This document shows positions 53,529 through 63,443 of a stretch of 64,000 nt of DNA, one piece after another (positions within the stretch are counted from its first letter, which is position 1; the number at the start of each line of letters is the position of its first letter). The DNA comes from Eledone cirrhosa. Lineage: Eukaryota. A program made the position numbers and the translations under genes. Location of the stretch: NCBI GenBank assembly GCA_964016885.1, contig OZ024743.1:328290001-328354000 (forward strand), read 5' to 3'. The notes beneath the pieces are model-generated. The model had not been told where the DNA came from. It did no database searches and saw nothing but the letters and a program-made list of their open reading frames with translations.

Positions 53529-53594
53529 CCTCCGTATATCGAAAGCTGTCATCGTTGGAGATATTTCAATCGGTAAAACAAGTATGGTGAACAG
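53529..53594 (+). CDS. RAB34/RAB36: Rab34/Rab36-family GTPase, third coding exon (P-loop)
   Basis: aag|C CTC...AG|gtaggt; encodes (S)LRISKAVIVGDISIGKTSMVN(R), with a GxxxxGKT G1 box. The gene continues beyond the window. Confidence 0.93.
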
Positions 53595-53630
53595 GTAGGT
53601 TTATATTATTTCACCTTTGTTTTTTCTTAA

Positions 53631-53851
53631 CTCTTTAGCATTTACATTACTCTATATATACTATTGTATTTTTGTGGTAAAGGCTTTACCTTACATAATT
53701 ATCTCACATAATATTGAATCTATGAGATTTTGATGTTATTCATTTTGAGAACAATACCTTAACATCAGTGTGAGTGGCCAGTTACAGCTGGTTTTAACAG
53801 AAAGAGGTGAGTGAATACTGGCTGGATATGGCCGGTTTAAATGCTAAAGGG
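53631..53851 (-). mobile_element. piggyBac-type MITE (same family as 7225-7434), reverse orientation
   Basis: TTAA|CTCTTTAGCATTTAC ... TTTAAATGCTAAAGGG|TTAA. Confidence 0.88.
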
Positions 53852-53861
53852 TTAAACTGAA

Positions 53862-54840
53862 TCTATGACTGTATTTATAAAGAAGGTCATATATTTAGAA
53901 TGTGTCACAAGTACACTTTATTACTATTACTATCTCTATGACCTAGCTTATAAAGAAGGTAATATATTTGGTGTGTATCACAAATACACTTTATTACTAT
54001 TTCTATGACCTTGTATATAAAGAATGTCATATATTGAAGATGTGTCATAAATATACTTTTTCTATATGACCTTTCTTATAAAGAAGGTAATATATTTAGT
54101 GATTTAGTGCATGTCACAAATATACTTCATTACTATTACTATCTCTATGACCTTGTTTATAAAAAATGTCATATATTTAGGATGTGTCATAAATACACTT
54201 TATTACTATTATTATGACTTTGCTTATAAAGAATGTCATATATTTAGAGTGTATCATAAATACACTTTACTACTATTTCTATGGCTATGCTTATAAAGAA
54301 TGTCATATATTTAGGATGAGTCACAAGTATATTACTTCTCATTTAAGACGGTGTTGCAGTAAAGAGTCAGATGGAATGCTTTGCTGTATCTGTTCTGGCT
54401 CTCTGTGTTGTGAGTTCAAATCCTGTCTACTGTCACTGGAAAAACAGTGACACTTCTGTCTGGAGTTGTGTCTGACAAATAGTATCAACAATGGAAAGAC
54501 CAATGGAAACATTGTTTCTTTGGTCTGATCTGATGACCATCTCTTTTCTTCTGCCAGGAGTTGTGGATGACAGACAGTATTAGCAATGGAAAGACCAATG
54601 AAAACATTGTTTCCTTGGTCCGATCTGATGACCATCTCTTTACTTGTACCAAGAATTGTGACTAACAAATAGAACCAGCAATTGCAAAACAAACCAATGG
54701 AAACATTGTTTCCTTGCTCTGATCTGATGATTAGTTCCTTTCATCTACCAGGAGTTGTGACTGACAGATAGTACAAGCAATGGAAAGACCAATGGAAACA
54801 TTGTTTCCTTAGTTTGATCTAATGATCAGCTCCTTTCTTT
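53862..54840. repeat. Two degenerate tandem arrays (about 65-75 bp and about 100 bp units)
   Basis: TATAAAGAATGTCATATATTTAG recurs over 53862-54335, and CAATGGAAACATTGTTTC...GATCTGATGA recurs over 54460-54840. Confidence 0.75.
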
Positions 54841-56089
54841 AAAACCTAGATCATATATTGAGAGTGTATCAGTAAATCACCTCAACACATTTATGTCCTT
54901 GTTTATAAATCAAGTGAAGGTCATAAATATTTAGTATGACCTTGATGATGTTTCCAGGTGCAAAACCATAGTCTCATGTGATGTATGGAGGTGCCGGCAT
55001 GATATTAGATTAATATCATGCAGTATTAAATATTGGTCAGAATGGAAGAAGAAACTCTGTGAGATGAGACATTCTTACAGAGAATGGTGCTACCATTGGA
55101 AATTTCATTTCCATGTACATTGTTTGTCTCTTTCTTTCTCTCTCTCTAACAATGTCTCTCTCTCTCTCTCTCCCTTCTCTCTCTCTAACAATGTTTGTCT
55201 CTTTCTCTCTCCCTTCTCTTTCTCTAACAATGTTTTTCTCTCTCTCTCTAACAATGTTTGTCTGTCTCTCTCTCTCCCTCCCCTCTCTCTAACAATGTTT
55301 GTCTCTCTCTCTCCCTTCTCTCTCTCTAACATTATTTGTCTCTCTCTATCTCTCTGGTGCTGTCTCCCACTCCCCCTCCCTAACATTGTTTGTCTCTCTC
55401 CCCCTCCCTCTCTAACTTTGTTTTGTCTCTCTCTTTATCTCTCTGATGTATCTCTCTCCCCTCTAACATTGTTTGTCTCCCCCCTCTCTCTTTAACATTG
55501 TTTGTCTCTCTGATAGTGTCTCACTCTCTCTAACATTGTTTTATCTTCTTTGTCTCTCTCTCTCTCTTTATCTCTCTGGTGATGTGTGTAGCTATGGCAA
55601 CTAAAACCATAACAACTGGAATCATTGGATATTATTAGACCAGAATCCTTAATTGATTGATAAAAGAAGGAGAATAAAGGCTAAAGATATTACTATGTGG
55701 AGAGAGAGAGAGAGTGTGTGAAAGTGAAAGAGAGTGATAGAGAGAGAGATAGTGAGAGAGAAAGAGTAAGAAAGAAATAGAGAAAGTGAGAGAGAGAGTG
55801 AAAAGGAGAGAGAGAGAGAGTGGAAGAGAGAGAGAGAGTTAGAGGGTGGTTTCCAATCTCAGTGATTTTCATCAAAGTATTGATATTTAAGATCAGTTGA
55901 AATTCATGTAACAACAAACAAAAATTTATAAAAATCAATATTTACAGATCAATATAATTGATTTCTTGAAATATATCATCTTAGGCACCATTATAACCAT
56001 CAGTGATTGCCTTAAAGTTAACTTAGTCCATTAATTAATGACTGGAATATTAAATAGTTAATTAAAAATATGTTTTGGGTGGTACAGAG

Positions 56090-57630
56090 AGGTAGGTAGG
56101 TGCGTAGGTAGATTGGTAATGGGTTGATTGGTAGGTAGGTGGGAGGATGGGTGGGTTGGTAGGTAGGTAAGTAGATAGATAGGTAGGTGGGTAGGTAAGT
56201 AAGTAGATAGATAGGTAGGTAGGTAAGTAGATAGATAGGTAGGTGGGTAGGTAAGTAAGTAGATAGATAGGTAGGTAGGTAAGTAGATAGATAGATAGGT
56301 AGGTAGTAGATAGATAGGTAGGTGGGTAAGTAGATAGATAGATAGGTAGGTAGTAGATAGATAGGTAGGTGGGTAAGTAGATAGATAGATAGGTAGGTAG
56401 TAGATAGATAGGTAGGTGGGTAAGTAGATAGATAGATAGGTAGGTAGTAGATAGATAGGTAGGTGGGTAAGTAGATAGATAGATAGGTAGGTAGTAGATA
56501 GATAGGTAGGTAGGTAGTAGATAGATAGGTAGGTAGGTAGTAGATAGATAGATAGGTAGGTAGTAGATAGATAGGTAGGTGGGTAAGTAGATAGATAGAT
56601 AGGTAGGTAGTAGATAGATAGGTAGGTAGGTAGTAGATAGATAGGTAGGTAGGTAGTAGATAGATAGGTAGGTAGGTAGTAGATAGATAGGTAGGTAGGT
56701 AGTAGATAGATAGGTAGGTAGGTAGTAGATAGATAGGTAGGTAGGTAGTAGATAGATAGGTAGGTAGGTAGTAGATAGATAGGTAGGTAGGTAGTAGATA
56801 GATAGGTAGGTGGGTAAGTAGATAGATAGATAGGTAGGTAGTAGATAGATAGGTAGGTGGGTAAGTAGATAGATAGATAGGTAGGTAGTAGATAGATAGG
56901 TAGGTGGGTAAGTAGATAGATAGATAGGTAGGTAGTAGATAGATAGGTAGGTAGGTAGTAGATAGATAGGTAGGTAGGTAGTAGATAGATAGGTAGGTAG
57001 GTAGTAGATAGATAGGTAGGTAGGTAGTAGATAGATAGGTAGGTGGGTAAGTAGATAGATAGATAGGTAGGTAGTAGATAGATAGGTAGGTGGGTAAGTA
57101 GATAGATAGATAGGTAGGTAGTAGATAGATAGGTAGGTAGGTAGTAGATAGATAGGTAGGTAGGTAGTAGATAGATAGATAGGTAGGTAGTAGATAGATA
57201 GGTAGGTAGGTAGTAGATAGATAGGTAGGTAGGTAGTAGATAGATAGATAGGTAGGTAGTAGATAGATAGATAGGTAGGTAGTAGATAGATAGGTAGGTG
57301 GGTAAGTAGATAGATAGATAGGTAGGTAGTAGATAGATAGATAGGTAGGTAGTAGATAGATAGGTAGGTGGGTAAGTAGATAGATAGATAGGTAGGTAGT
57401 AGATAGATAGGTAGGTGGGTAGTAGATAGATAGGTAGGTGGGTAAGTAGATAGATAGATAGGTAGGTAGTAGATAGATAGGTAGGTGGGTAGGTAAGTAA
57501 GTAGATAGATAGGTAGGTAGGTAAGTAGATAGATAGATAGGTAGGTAGTAGATAGATAGGTAGGTGGGTAAGTAGATAGATAGATAGGTAGGTAGTAGAT
57601 AGATAGGTAGGTAGGTAGTAGATAGATATA
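56090..57630. repeat. Complex (TAGA)/(TAGG)/(TAG) microsatellite array
   Basis: Built from blocks such as TAGTAGATAGATAGGTAGG and GGTGGGTAAGTAGATAGA; it degenerates towards the left end. Confidence 0.97.
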
Positions 57631-57892
57631 TTTCTTTTATTTGCCACTAGGGCATCAAAAGTGGGACAAGTACAAAGGGGGGAGTTTACACAAAAAGGCG
57701 TCCTCAATAAGGAGGAGGCAATAACAAAATATAAAAATAAAATAAGATATAACAAAAAATAAAATTTTTAACAAAATCCTCAATAGAGAGGAGGCGCCTT
57801 GGGGGGTCGCACACACCCCCGAAAAAAGTGTGCAACCCTTCTCCTCAGGAGCACAGAGAAGGGGTGCTCCCTTGGTCTTTCATCTTCCTCAC

Positions 57893-60800
57893 CTATAGTC
57901 TGATGTAGAGTGAAGGCCCATTCACACGGGCCATTCTCGCCACTTTCACCCATCTTTCATAGAAACGGCTGGGGTGCAGCACCTCTCTCTCCATCCTGAT
58001 CCTTCTTCCGAAATGATATCGGAAGAAACGGACCAGTTGTTGGCCAGAGAGAAAGGTGCCCGACCTCAGTCCTTTCAGACGCGTCCACCATACAACCTCT
58101 TTCGCCATGGCTATTACGCACAGAAACACCGCCTCTGCTTCATCTTTGAAGGGGGGAGGCGGCTTGATCATTACAATAGACTCGGTGGTCAACCGGATCG
58201 GTCCCACCCTTGACAGCAGTTGTTCGACATAGCCCCACAGATCGGCTACGCCCGAGCAGTGTACTAATGCGTGTGCAACGGTTTCCTCGTCGCACACGCA
58301 TCTGGGACAGATCTTTTTGGCGGGGTCCCTACCCGGGCGCCCGTGTCTGTAGAGCCTTTCTCGAACGGGTAAAGCCCCTCGGTAGCACTGCCAGGCCAGG
58401 GACTTCTGGAAGTTGTCCATAGGTCCCGGGCTGAATGTCCTACCGAAAAGGCTGGCCAGTTCGTCCTCCTCCATGTCTAGGGCTTCTCCGAGGGCGTCGT
58501 CGCACCTGCTGCGTACCAGCCCTCTATAGAATGTTGCGGTGGAGTCTCCACTGATAACCGGATCCGCCTGCCAGAGGGCGGTGAGCGCCTGGGCACACTC
58601 AGTGTGCCAGGCGCCCAGTTTTCTCGGTCTTTGCTTGACCCAGGATTGCAGCTCGGTGAGTGAGACGAGTCTGGGAAAGGTTCGTCTCACAAACGAGGCC
58701 CACACCGGTTGTCCGGTGAGGAATACGTAGAGGTGCCGTAGCCTTAATGCGTGTTTACGCATCATTAGCCACGGCATCCCCAGCCCTCCTTTCGAAGGGT
58801 GTTGACAGCAGATGGATCTCCTCACCATAGGAGCCCGCCTCTTCCAAAGGAATTGGAAGAGCGCGCGCTCCATCTTGGTGAGGGTTTCCCTTGGGCAGGG
58901 CACTACGGTCAGGCGGTAGTAGATGACGGACGCTATGTAGGTGTTCGCCACCTCCGCCCGACCTTTCAGGGATAGTTTGCAACTGGCCCACTTCTGGGTC
59001 AGTGCAAACACTCTGTTCGTAACCTCCGCCCAGTTTTTCTCCACCTGGAGGTCCGGTCCGAACCAGACCCCGAGCAACTTCACCGGGCCCTCCGTCCAGC
59101 GTCCGACGACGCTATCGGAGGGCATCGGTCTGCCCCTCCACGTGCCGAGTTGCAAACCGATCGACTTGTCCCGGTTCAGCTTAGCCCCTGTGAACTTTTC
59201 GTACTCCTCCAGTAAGGTGCCGACCGCCTCGATTTCGGAGGCCGTCGACACCATTACTGTCACGTCATCGGCGTAGGCCGACACCGCTTTCCGCAATCCC
59301 GGTTCCAAAGGGATGCCCTGCAACAACTCCAACTTCCGCAGTAGTGGCTCGAGAGTCAATACATACAGAAGGGAGGAGAGAGGGCACCCTTGTCGGATGG
59401 ACCGCGCGATTTTGAACGGCTCCGAGAGGTAGCCGTTCACCTTGACCCTAGAGCAGATGCGGCTGCTGTGCATAGCAGTGATCCAGCCCCTGAAAACGGG
59501 TCCGAAGCCTGCCGCCGCTAGCACCGCATCCAGGTAACCATGGTCGACCCTATCGAACGCCTTAGATTGATCCAAGTTGATCAGAGCCCCACCAAAGCCG
59601 GGTTCGTTCCCAACCCTCTCTATGATGTATCGCATGAGGTGGAGGTTGTCATGGATGGACCTGGACGGGATAGCGCATGTCTGCGCATCTCCCACCAGGT
59701 TGCCCACGACAAGCGCCAACCTCTTTGCTAGCACCTTGGCCAAAATCTGTAACTCTGTATTTAGCAGTGTTATGGGCCTGAAGTTACTTATTTCGTCCCC
59801 CTTGTTCTCGTCCTTCCTCACTAGCGTGACTACGCCCTTGGTCACAGTACAGGGAATTCTCCCGTTCTGTTGCCAGTTGCAGTAGACCGCCTCGAGGAGA
59901 TCGGGGAACAAGTCCGGCATAGCTAGATATAATTCGTAAGGAAGACCATCGAGACCCGGGGATTTGCGTTTGCCGCATTGGCTCAGCACGTCCTCTATCT
60001 CAGCGGCCGAAATCGGCTCCTCGCAGGACTTCGCCTCCCTGTCCGAGAGGCGCGGCAGGCCGTCGAGGTATGGACCGAAGTCCACGTTCCCAACCGGCTC
60101 CCCGCCCCTCCCGAACAGTCGGGCAAAGTGCCTTTGAAAGGCCTCACACATCTGCTTAGGCTCAAGAATCGCCCGTCCATCCAGGTCTCGCAAAGACCGG
60201 ATGGTGGATTTAGTTCCACTGTTGGCCTCTGTCACGCGGGCCCAGCTAACAGCTTTGGTCCCCTCGTTCCCTAGAGCACGTATTTTACTTCGGACAACGC
60301 AGCCTTCGTGCTTCGCGTCGAAAAACTGGCTCAAAGCCGTTCTCGACGCTAGCACTCTGGCTACGTCGCCGCTTCTAATTGCCTCTTCTACTCTATCTAT
60401 TAGCTCCCTTTCCTTCCTATTCCTATCCGCAGCTAGAACCTTACTAAATTCTATCGAGACTACTCTAATCTCTCTCTTTAGAGATACCCACCACCTGCTG
60501 TTGACGATCGCTCCAGTCAACCGTTCCTTAACTAACGTACTAATCCGATTCCTGTAGGCTCTACTTGCCGGCAAGGACAAGTTGAGCTTCCAGTAACCGG
60601 GGCCCTGTCTATGAGTTCTGTCAAGGTTGACCATGCAGGTCACTAATTTGTGGTCTGAATAGCCAACAATGCGCATTTTTGGACAACTTAAAAAGTCCTT
60701 ATCCTTAATTCTAACTAAGAACCTATCTAGGTACGACCTAGATGATCCGCTACGATTTGCCCAAGTCCAGGTTGGCGCAGTCGGAAAATCTAGTCGATAT

Positions 60801-61330
60801 CTATCGGCCAGGTCAAATCGACCGATTAACCCTTTGAGGCTATTACACCCCTCTCTATCGGGGCAGGCCCCTACGTAGTCCCAGCGTGCATCTAGGATAC
60901 CATTCCAGTCCCCCACTAATAGCAAGGAGCGGGACGTCCCTAGAAAAGTCTCCAGACGATGGAAGAAGTCCGGCCGCATTGACCCGAAAGGGCCGTAGGC
61001 GGCTACCAACCTAAACGCTCCGCCTTTACCACTGCCAAGGTCCAGAACCACTAGTCGACCCTCCGGGTCCAAATGTACCATCTGTGTTGCGAGACCCAGA
61101 TGTTTTTGCAGCAGAACGACAACTCCACCCCCACCTCCAGGCTGACAGAGAGATGCGTGCATCTCAAAGTCATCAAAGGTGGGGGCCAGCTGTCGCACGT
61201 TGCTGATCCGGGCCTCGCAAATAACCATCACATCTATACGTTGTGACCTGAGGTCATTTAGAAGCATTGCTTGCTTCCAAGTTGAGCCCAGGCCACGCGC
61301 ATTTAAACAGCCTACTCTTAGCATAGCCAT
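57893..61330 (-). CDS. LINE ORF2: APE endonuclease, reverse transcriptase and C-terminal zinc finger
   Basis: Uninterrupted. APE motifs: LNARGL, CEAR, LVGDWN, YLDRFL, SDHKLV. RT motifs: KSPGLDGLP, FRPITLLN, LDQSKAFDRVDH, RQGCPLS, YADD. C-terminal CPRC...ETVAHALVHC. The likely ATG is at 61330. Confidence 0.96.
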   Translation of the reverse strand: MAMLRVGCLNARGLGSTWKQAMLLNDLRSQRIDVMVICEARISNVRQLAPTFDDFEMHASLCQPGGGGGVVVLLQKHLGLATQMVHLDPEGRLVVLDLGSGKGGAFRLVAAYGPFGSMRPDFFHRLETFLGTSRSLLLVGDWNGILDARWDYVGACPDREGCNSLKGLIGRFDLADRYRLDFPTAPTWTWANRSGSSRSYLDRFLVRIKDKDFLSCPKMRIVGYSDHKLVTCMVNLDRTHRQGPGYWKLNLSLPASRAYRNRISTLVKERLTGAIVNSRWWVSLKREIRVVSIEFSKVLAADRNRKERELIDRVEEAIRSGDVARVLASRTALSQFFDAKHEGCVVRSKIRALGNEGTKAVSWARVTEANSGTKSTIRSLRDLDGRAILEPKQMCEAFQRHFARLFGRGGEPVGNVDFGPYLDGLPRLSDREAKSCEEPISAAEIEDVLSQCGKRKSPGLDGLPYELYLAMPDLFPDLLEAVYCNWQQNGRIPCTVTKGVVTLVRKDENKGDEISNFRPITLLNTELQILAKVLAKRLALVVGNLVGDAQTCAIPSRSIHDNLHLMRYIIERVGNEPGFGGALINLDQSKAFDRVDHGYLDAVLAAAGFGPVFRGWITAMHSSRICSRVKVNGYLSEPFKIARSIRQGCPLSSLLYVLTLEPLLRKLELLQGIPLEPGLRKAVSAYADDVTVMVSTASEIEAVGTLLEEYEKFTGAKLNRDKSIGLQLGTWRGRPMPSDSVVGRWTEGPVKLLGVWFGPDLQVEKNWAEVTNRVFALTQKWASCKLSLKGRAEVANTYIASVIYYRLTVVPCPRETLTKMERALFQFLWKRRAPMVRRSICCQHPSKGGLGMPWLMMRKHALRLRHLYVFLTGQPVWASFVRRTFPRLVSLTELQSWVKQRPRKLGAWHTECAQALTALWQADPVISGDSTATFYRGLVRSRCDDALGEALDMEEDELASLFGRTFSPGPMDNFQKSLAWQCYRGALPVRERLYRHGRPGRDPAKKICPRCVCDEETVAHALVHCSGVADLWGYVEQLLSRVGPIRLTTESIVMIKPPPPFKDEAEAVFLCVIAMAKEVVWWTRLKGLRSGTFLSGQQLVRFFRYHFGRRIRMEREVLHPSRFYERWVKVARMARVNGPSLYIRL

Positions 61331-61354
61331 GTTGGTGGTGAAGAGAAAAGGCAC

Positions 61355-62647
61355 TTACCTCTCTGCGTCCCGGGTATCGGGCTGCACAATTTCCATTAGG
61401 GTGGGGGATGGGTTGTTGGGTGGGGTGGTGGTTTGTGGAAGTGTGGGGGCATCAGTGTGTTGTGTGGTTGGGGAGCTTGGAGTTGTGAGGGTGTTTGGGG
61501 AGGGGGTGGGATAGTTTTTTAGGAGGACGCGGTTAATGGGCCCGACGCAGGGGGGACCCACGTCCTCTTTAAAATTGTTTTTTAAAGTTTTATAGGTGTC
61601 CTGTGGGGCCTTAATCATTTTGAGGTGGGGGAAATCCCCTGCCTGGGTGAAGTTAGGCCCTTGTGTTTTTATTAGATTGTTGTTGTACACAATGTTTAAC
61701 AGTTTTTTGTTTCTTGTATTTATGTATGTGTATGCATGTTTTTGTTTTTGTGTGGTGTTTTTTGTTTGCTGTTGTGAGCTCTTTTGTGTTGGTGTCAGTG
61801 TTATGTTTTGGGGAGGGGTTTTTTTCATTTGTGTGTCTGAGGTGTGTTTTCTTTTTTTTCTTTTGATTGTGTGGAAGTGCTCCTCCTCGTCTGACGACGA
61901 ACTAGGGTCATCTTCCGCGTTGGAGGGGAGGGGTATATTTTCGGGTTGTGTTTGCGGTACGGGTGTTTTGGAAATTGTTTTTGTTTTTTGAGTGGAGGGG
62001 ATGGGTTGGACATTGTTTTGTTTTGGTTTGAGCTGTGGTGGTTGTTTTTGTAGTGGTTGTTGTGGTGATTGTGTTGGTTGTGCAGTTGTTGGTGGTGTGG
62101 GCAGGATTGGGGTTTTCTTATTAAGTTGGGGACAGACAGCCCTCAGGTGACCTCTGGTTCCGCAGAGGTAACACGAGGGCCGTCTACCCTCAACGGTAAT
62201 GTTGATGAAGGTTAGATCATCCAGTATGACGCGTTCAGGGATCTGGGCGATCCTTTCGGGCCTCATTTGAACTACAAGTTCGAGGCTCGTTCCACTGAAC
62301 GCGTCACCCGATGCCTTTCCCATGGACACCAGCATGTCATCCTCCAGGTCCAGAAAACCTGTCAAAACCCACCATATGTCCATAATCGGCAGGATGGTGT
62401 GGATTTTTATTTTTTGTGTTCTTCTACCCATGTACGTAGGGTAGAAGGTGTATGCGGTGGATGTGATTGGTTTGATGGACAGTTTCACTGCTGTGTCCCT
62501 GTCCTTCATGAGAATGGATAGACTCCCGTAGAGTCTATCCTTCTGAATGAAGGTGATGTCCTTCATGACGTCTTTTAAAACCAGCTCTATCTCGCTCTGT
62601 GATGGTTGAGCTGGTTTTTTACTTTTGTTCGAGATTGTCCTAAACAT
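61355..62647 (-). CDS. LINE ORF1, gag-like with a CCHC zinc knuckle (430 aa from the first ATG)
   Basis: VEGRRPSCYLCGTRGHLRAVCP knuckle, a P/Q/T-rich linker, acidic DDPSSSSDEEE and basic KRKKRK. The start is uncertain because the frame stays open upstream through the microsatellite. Confidence 0.85.
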   Translation of the reverse strand: MFRTISNKSKKPAQPSQSEIELVLKDVMKDITFIQKDRLYGSLSILMKDRDTAVKLSIKPITSTAYTFYPTYMGRRTQKIKIHTILPIMDIWWVLTGFLDLEDDMLVSMGKASGDAFSGTSLELVVQMRPERIAQIPERVILDDLTFINITVEGRRPSCYLCGTRGHLRAVCPQLNKKTPILPTPPTTAQPTQSPQQPLQKQPPQLKPKQNNVQPIPSTQKTKTISKTPVPQTQPENIPLPSNAEDDPSSSSDEEEHFHTIKRKKRKHTSDTQMKKTPPQNITLTPTQKSSQQQTKNTTQKQKHAYTYINTRNKKLLNIVYNNNLIKTQGPNFTQAGDFPHLKMIKAPQDTYKTLKNNFKEDVGPPCVGPINRVLLKNYPTPSPNTLTTPSSPTTQHTDAPTLPQTTTPPNNPSPTLMEIVQPDTRDAER

Positions 62648-62656
62648 GACCGTGTT

Positions 62657-63443
62657 TAGGTAGTAGATAGATAGGTAGGTAGGTAGTAGATAGATAGATA
62701 GGTAGGTAGTAGATAGATAGGTAGGTGGGTAAGTAGATAGATAGATAGGTAGGTAGTAGATAGATAGGTAGGTAGGTAGTAGATAGATAGGTAGGTAGGT
62801 AGTAGATAGATAGGTAGGTAGGTAGTAGATAGATAGGTAGGTAGGTAGTAGATAGATAGGTAGGTAGGTAGTAGATAGATAGGTAGGTAGGTAGTAGATA
62901 GATAGATAGGTAGGTAGTAGATAGATAGATAGGTAGGTAGTAGATAGATAGGTAGGTGGGTAAGTAGATAGATAGATAGGTAGGTAGTAGATAGATAGGT
63001 AGGTGGGTAGGTAAGTAAGTAGATAGATAGGTAGGTAGGTAAGTAGATAGATAGATAGGTAGTAGATAGATAGGTAGGTAGGTAAGTAGATAGATAGATA
63101 GGTAGGTAGTAGATAGATAGATAGGTAGGTAGTAGATAGATAGGTAGGTAGGTAGTAGATAGATAGATAGGTAGGTAGTAGATAGATAGGTAGGTGGGTA
63201 AGTAGATAGATAGATAGGTAGGTAGTAGATAGATAGGTAGGTAGGTAGTAGATAGATAGGTAGGTAGGTAAGTAGATAGATAGATAGGTAGGTAGTAGAT
63301 AGATAGGTAGGTAGGTAAGTAGATAGATAGATAGGTAGGTAGGTAGGTAAGTAGATAGATAGGTAGGTAAGTCGGTGGGTAGGTAGGTAAGTAGATAGAT
63401 AGGTAGGTAGGTAAGTCGGTGGGTAGGTAGGTAAGTAGATATG
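62657..63443. repeat. Second complex (TAGA)/(TAGG) array, spacer between LINE copies
   Basis: Same building blocks as 56090-57630. Confidence 0.97.

Larger units (their letters stand above)
57631..62656 (-). mobile_element. Intact Tx1-clade non-LTR retrotransposon
   Basis: ORF1, a 24-nt spacer, ORF2 and a 3' UTR of about 260 nt ending GCAAATAAAAGAAA, with no poly(A) and abutting microsatellite on both sides. It lies antisense within the presumed Rab intron. Confidence 0.92.

Noticed and set aside
56090-57630. Telomeric repeat or telomere-specific retrotransposon
   Set aside because: The units are TAGA/TAGG rather than TTAGGG, and the array is interstitial, just downstream of Rab exon 3.
56058-57755. 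565-aa Y/L/P/T/S-rich ORF and the N-terminal ~300 aa of the 737-aa ORF at 61355-63568
   Set aside because: Stop-free microsatellite read from non-ATG starts in the LINE 3' UTR.
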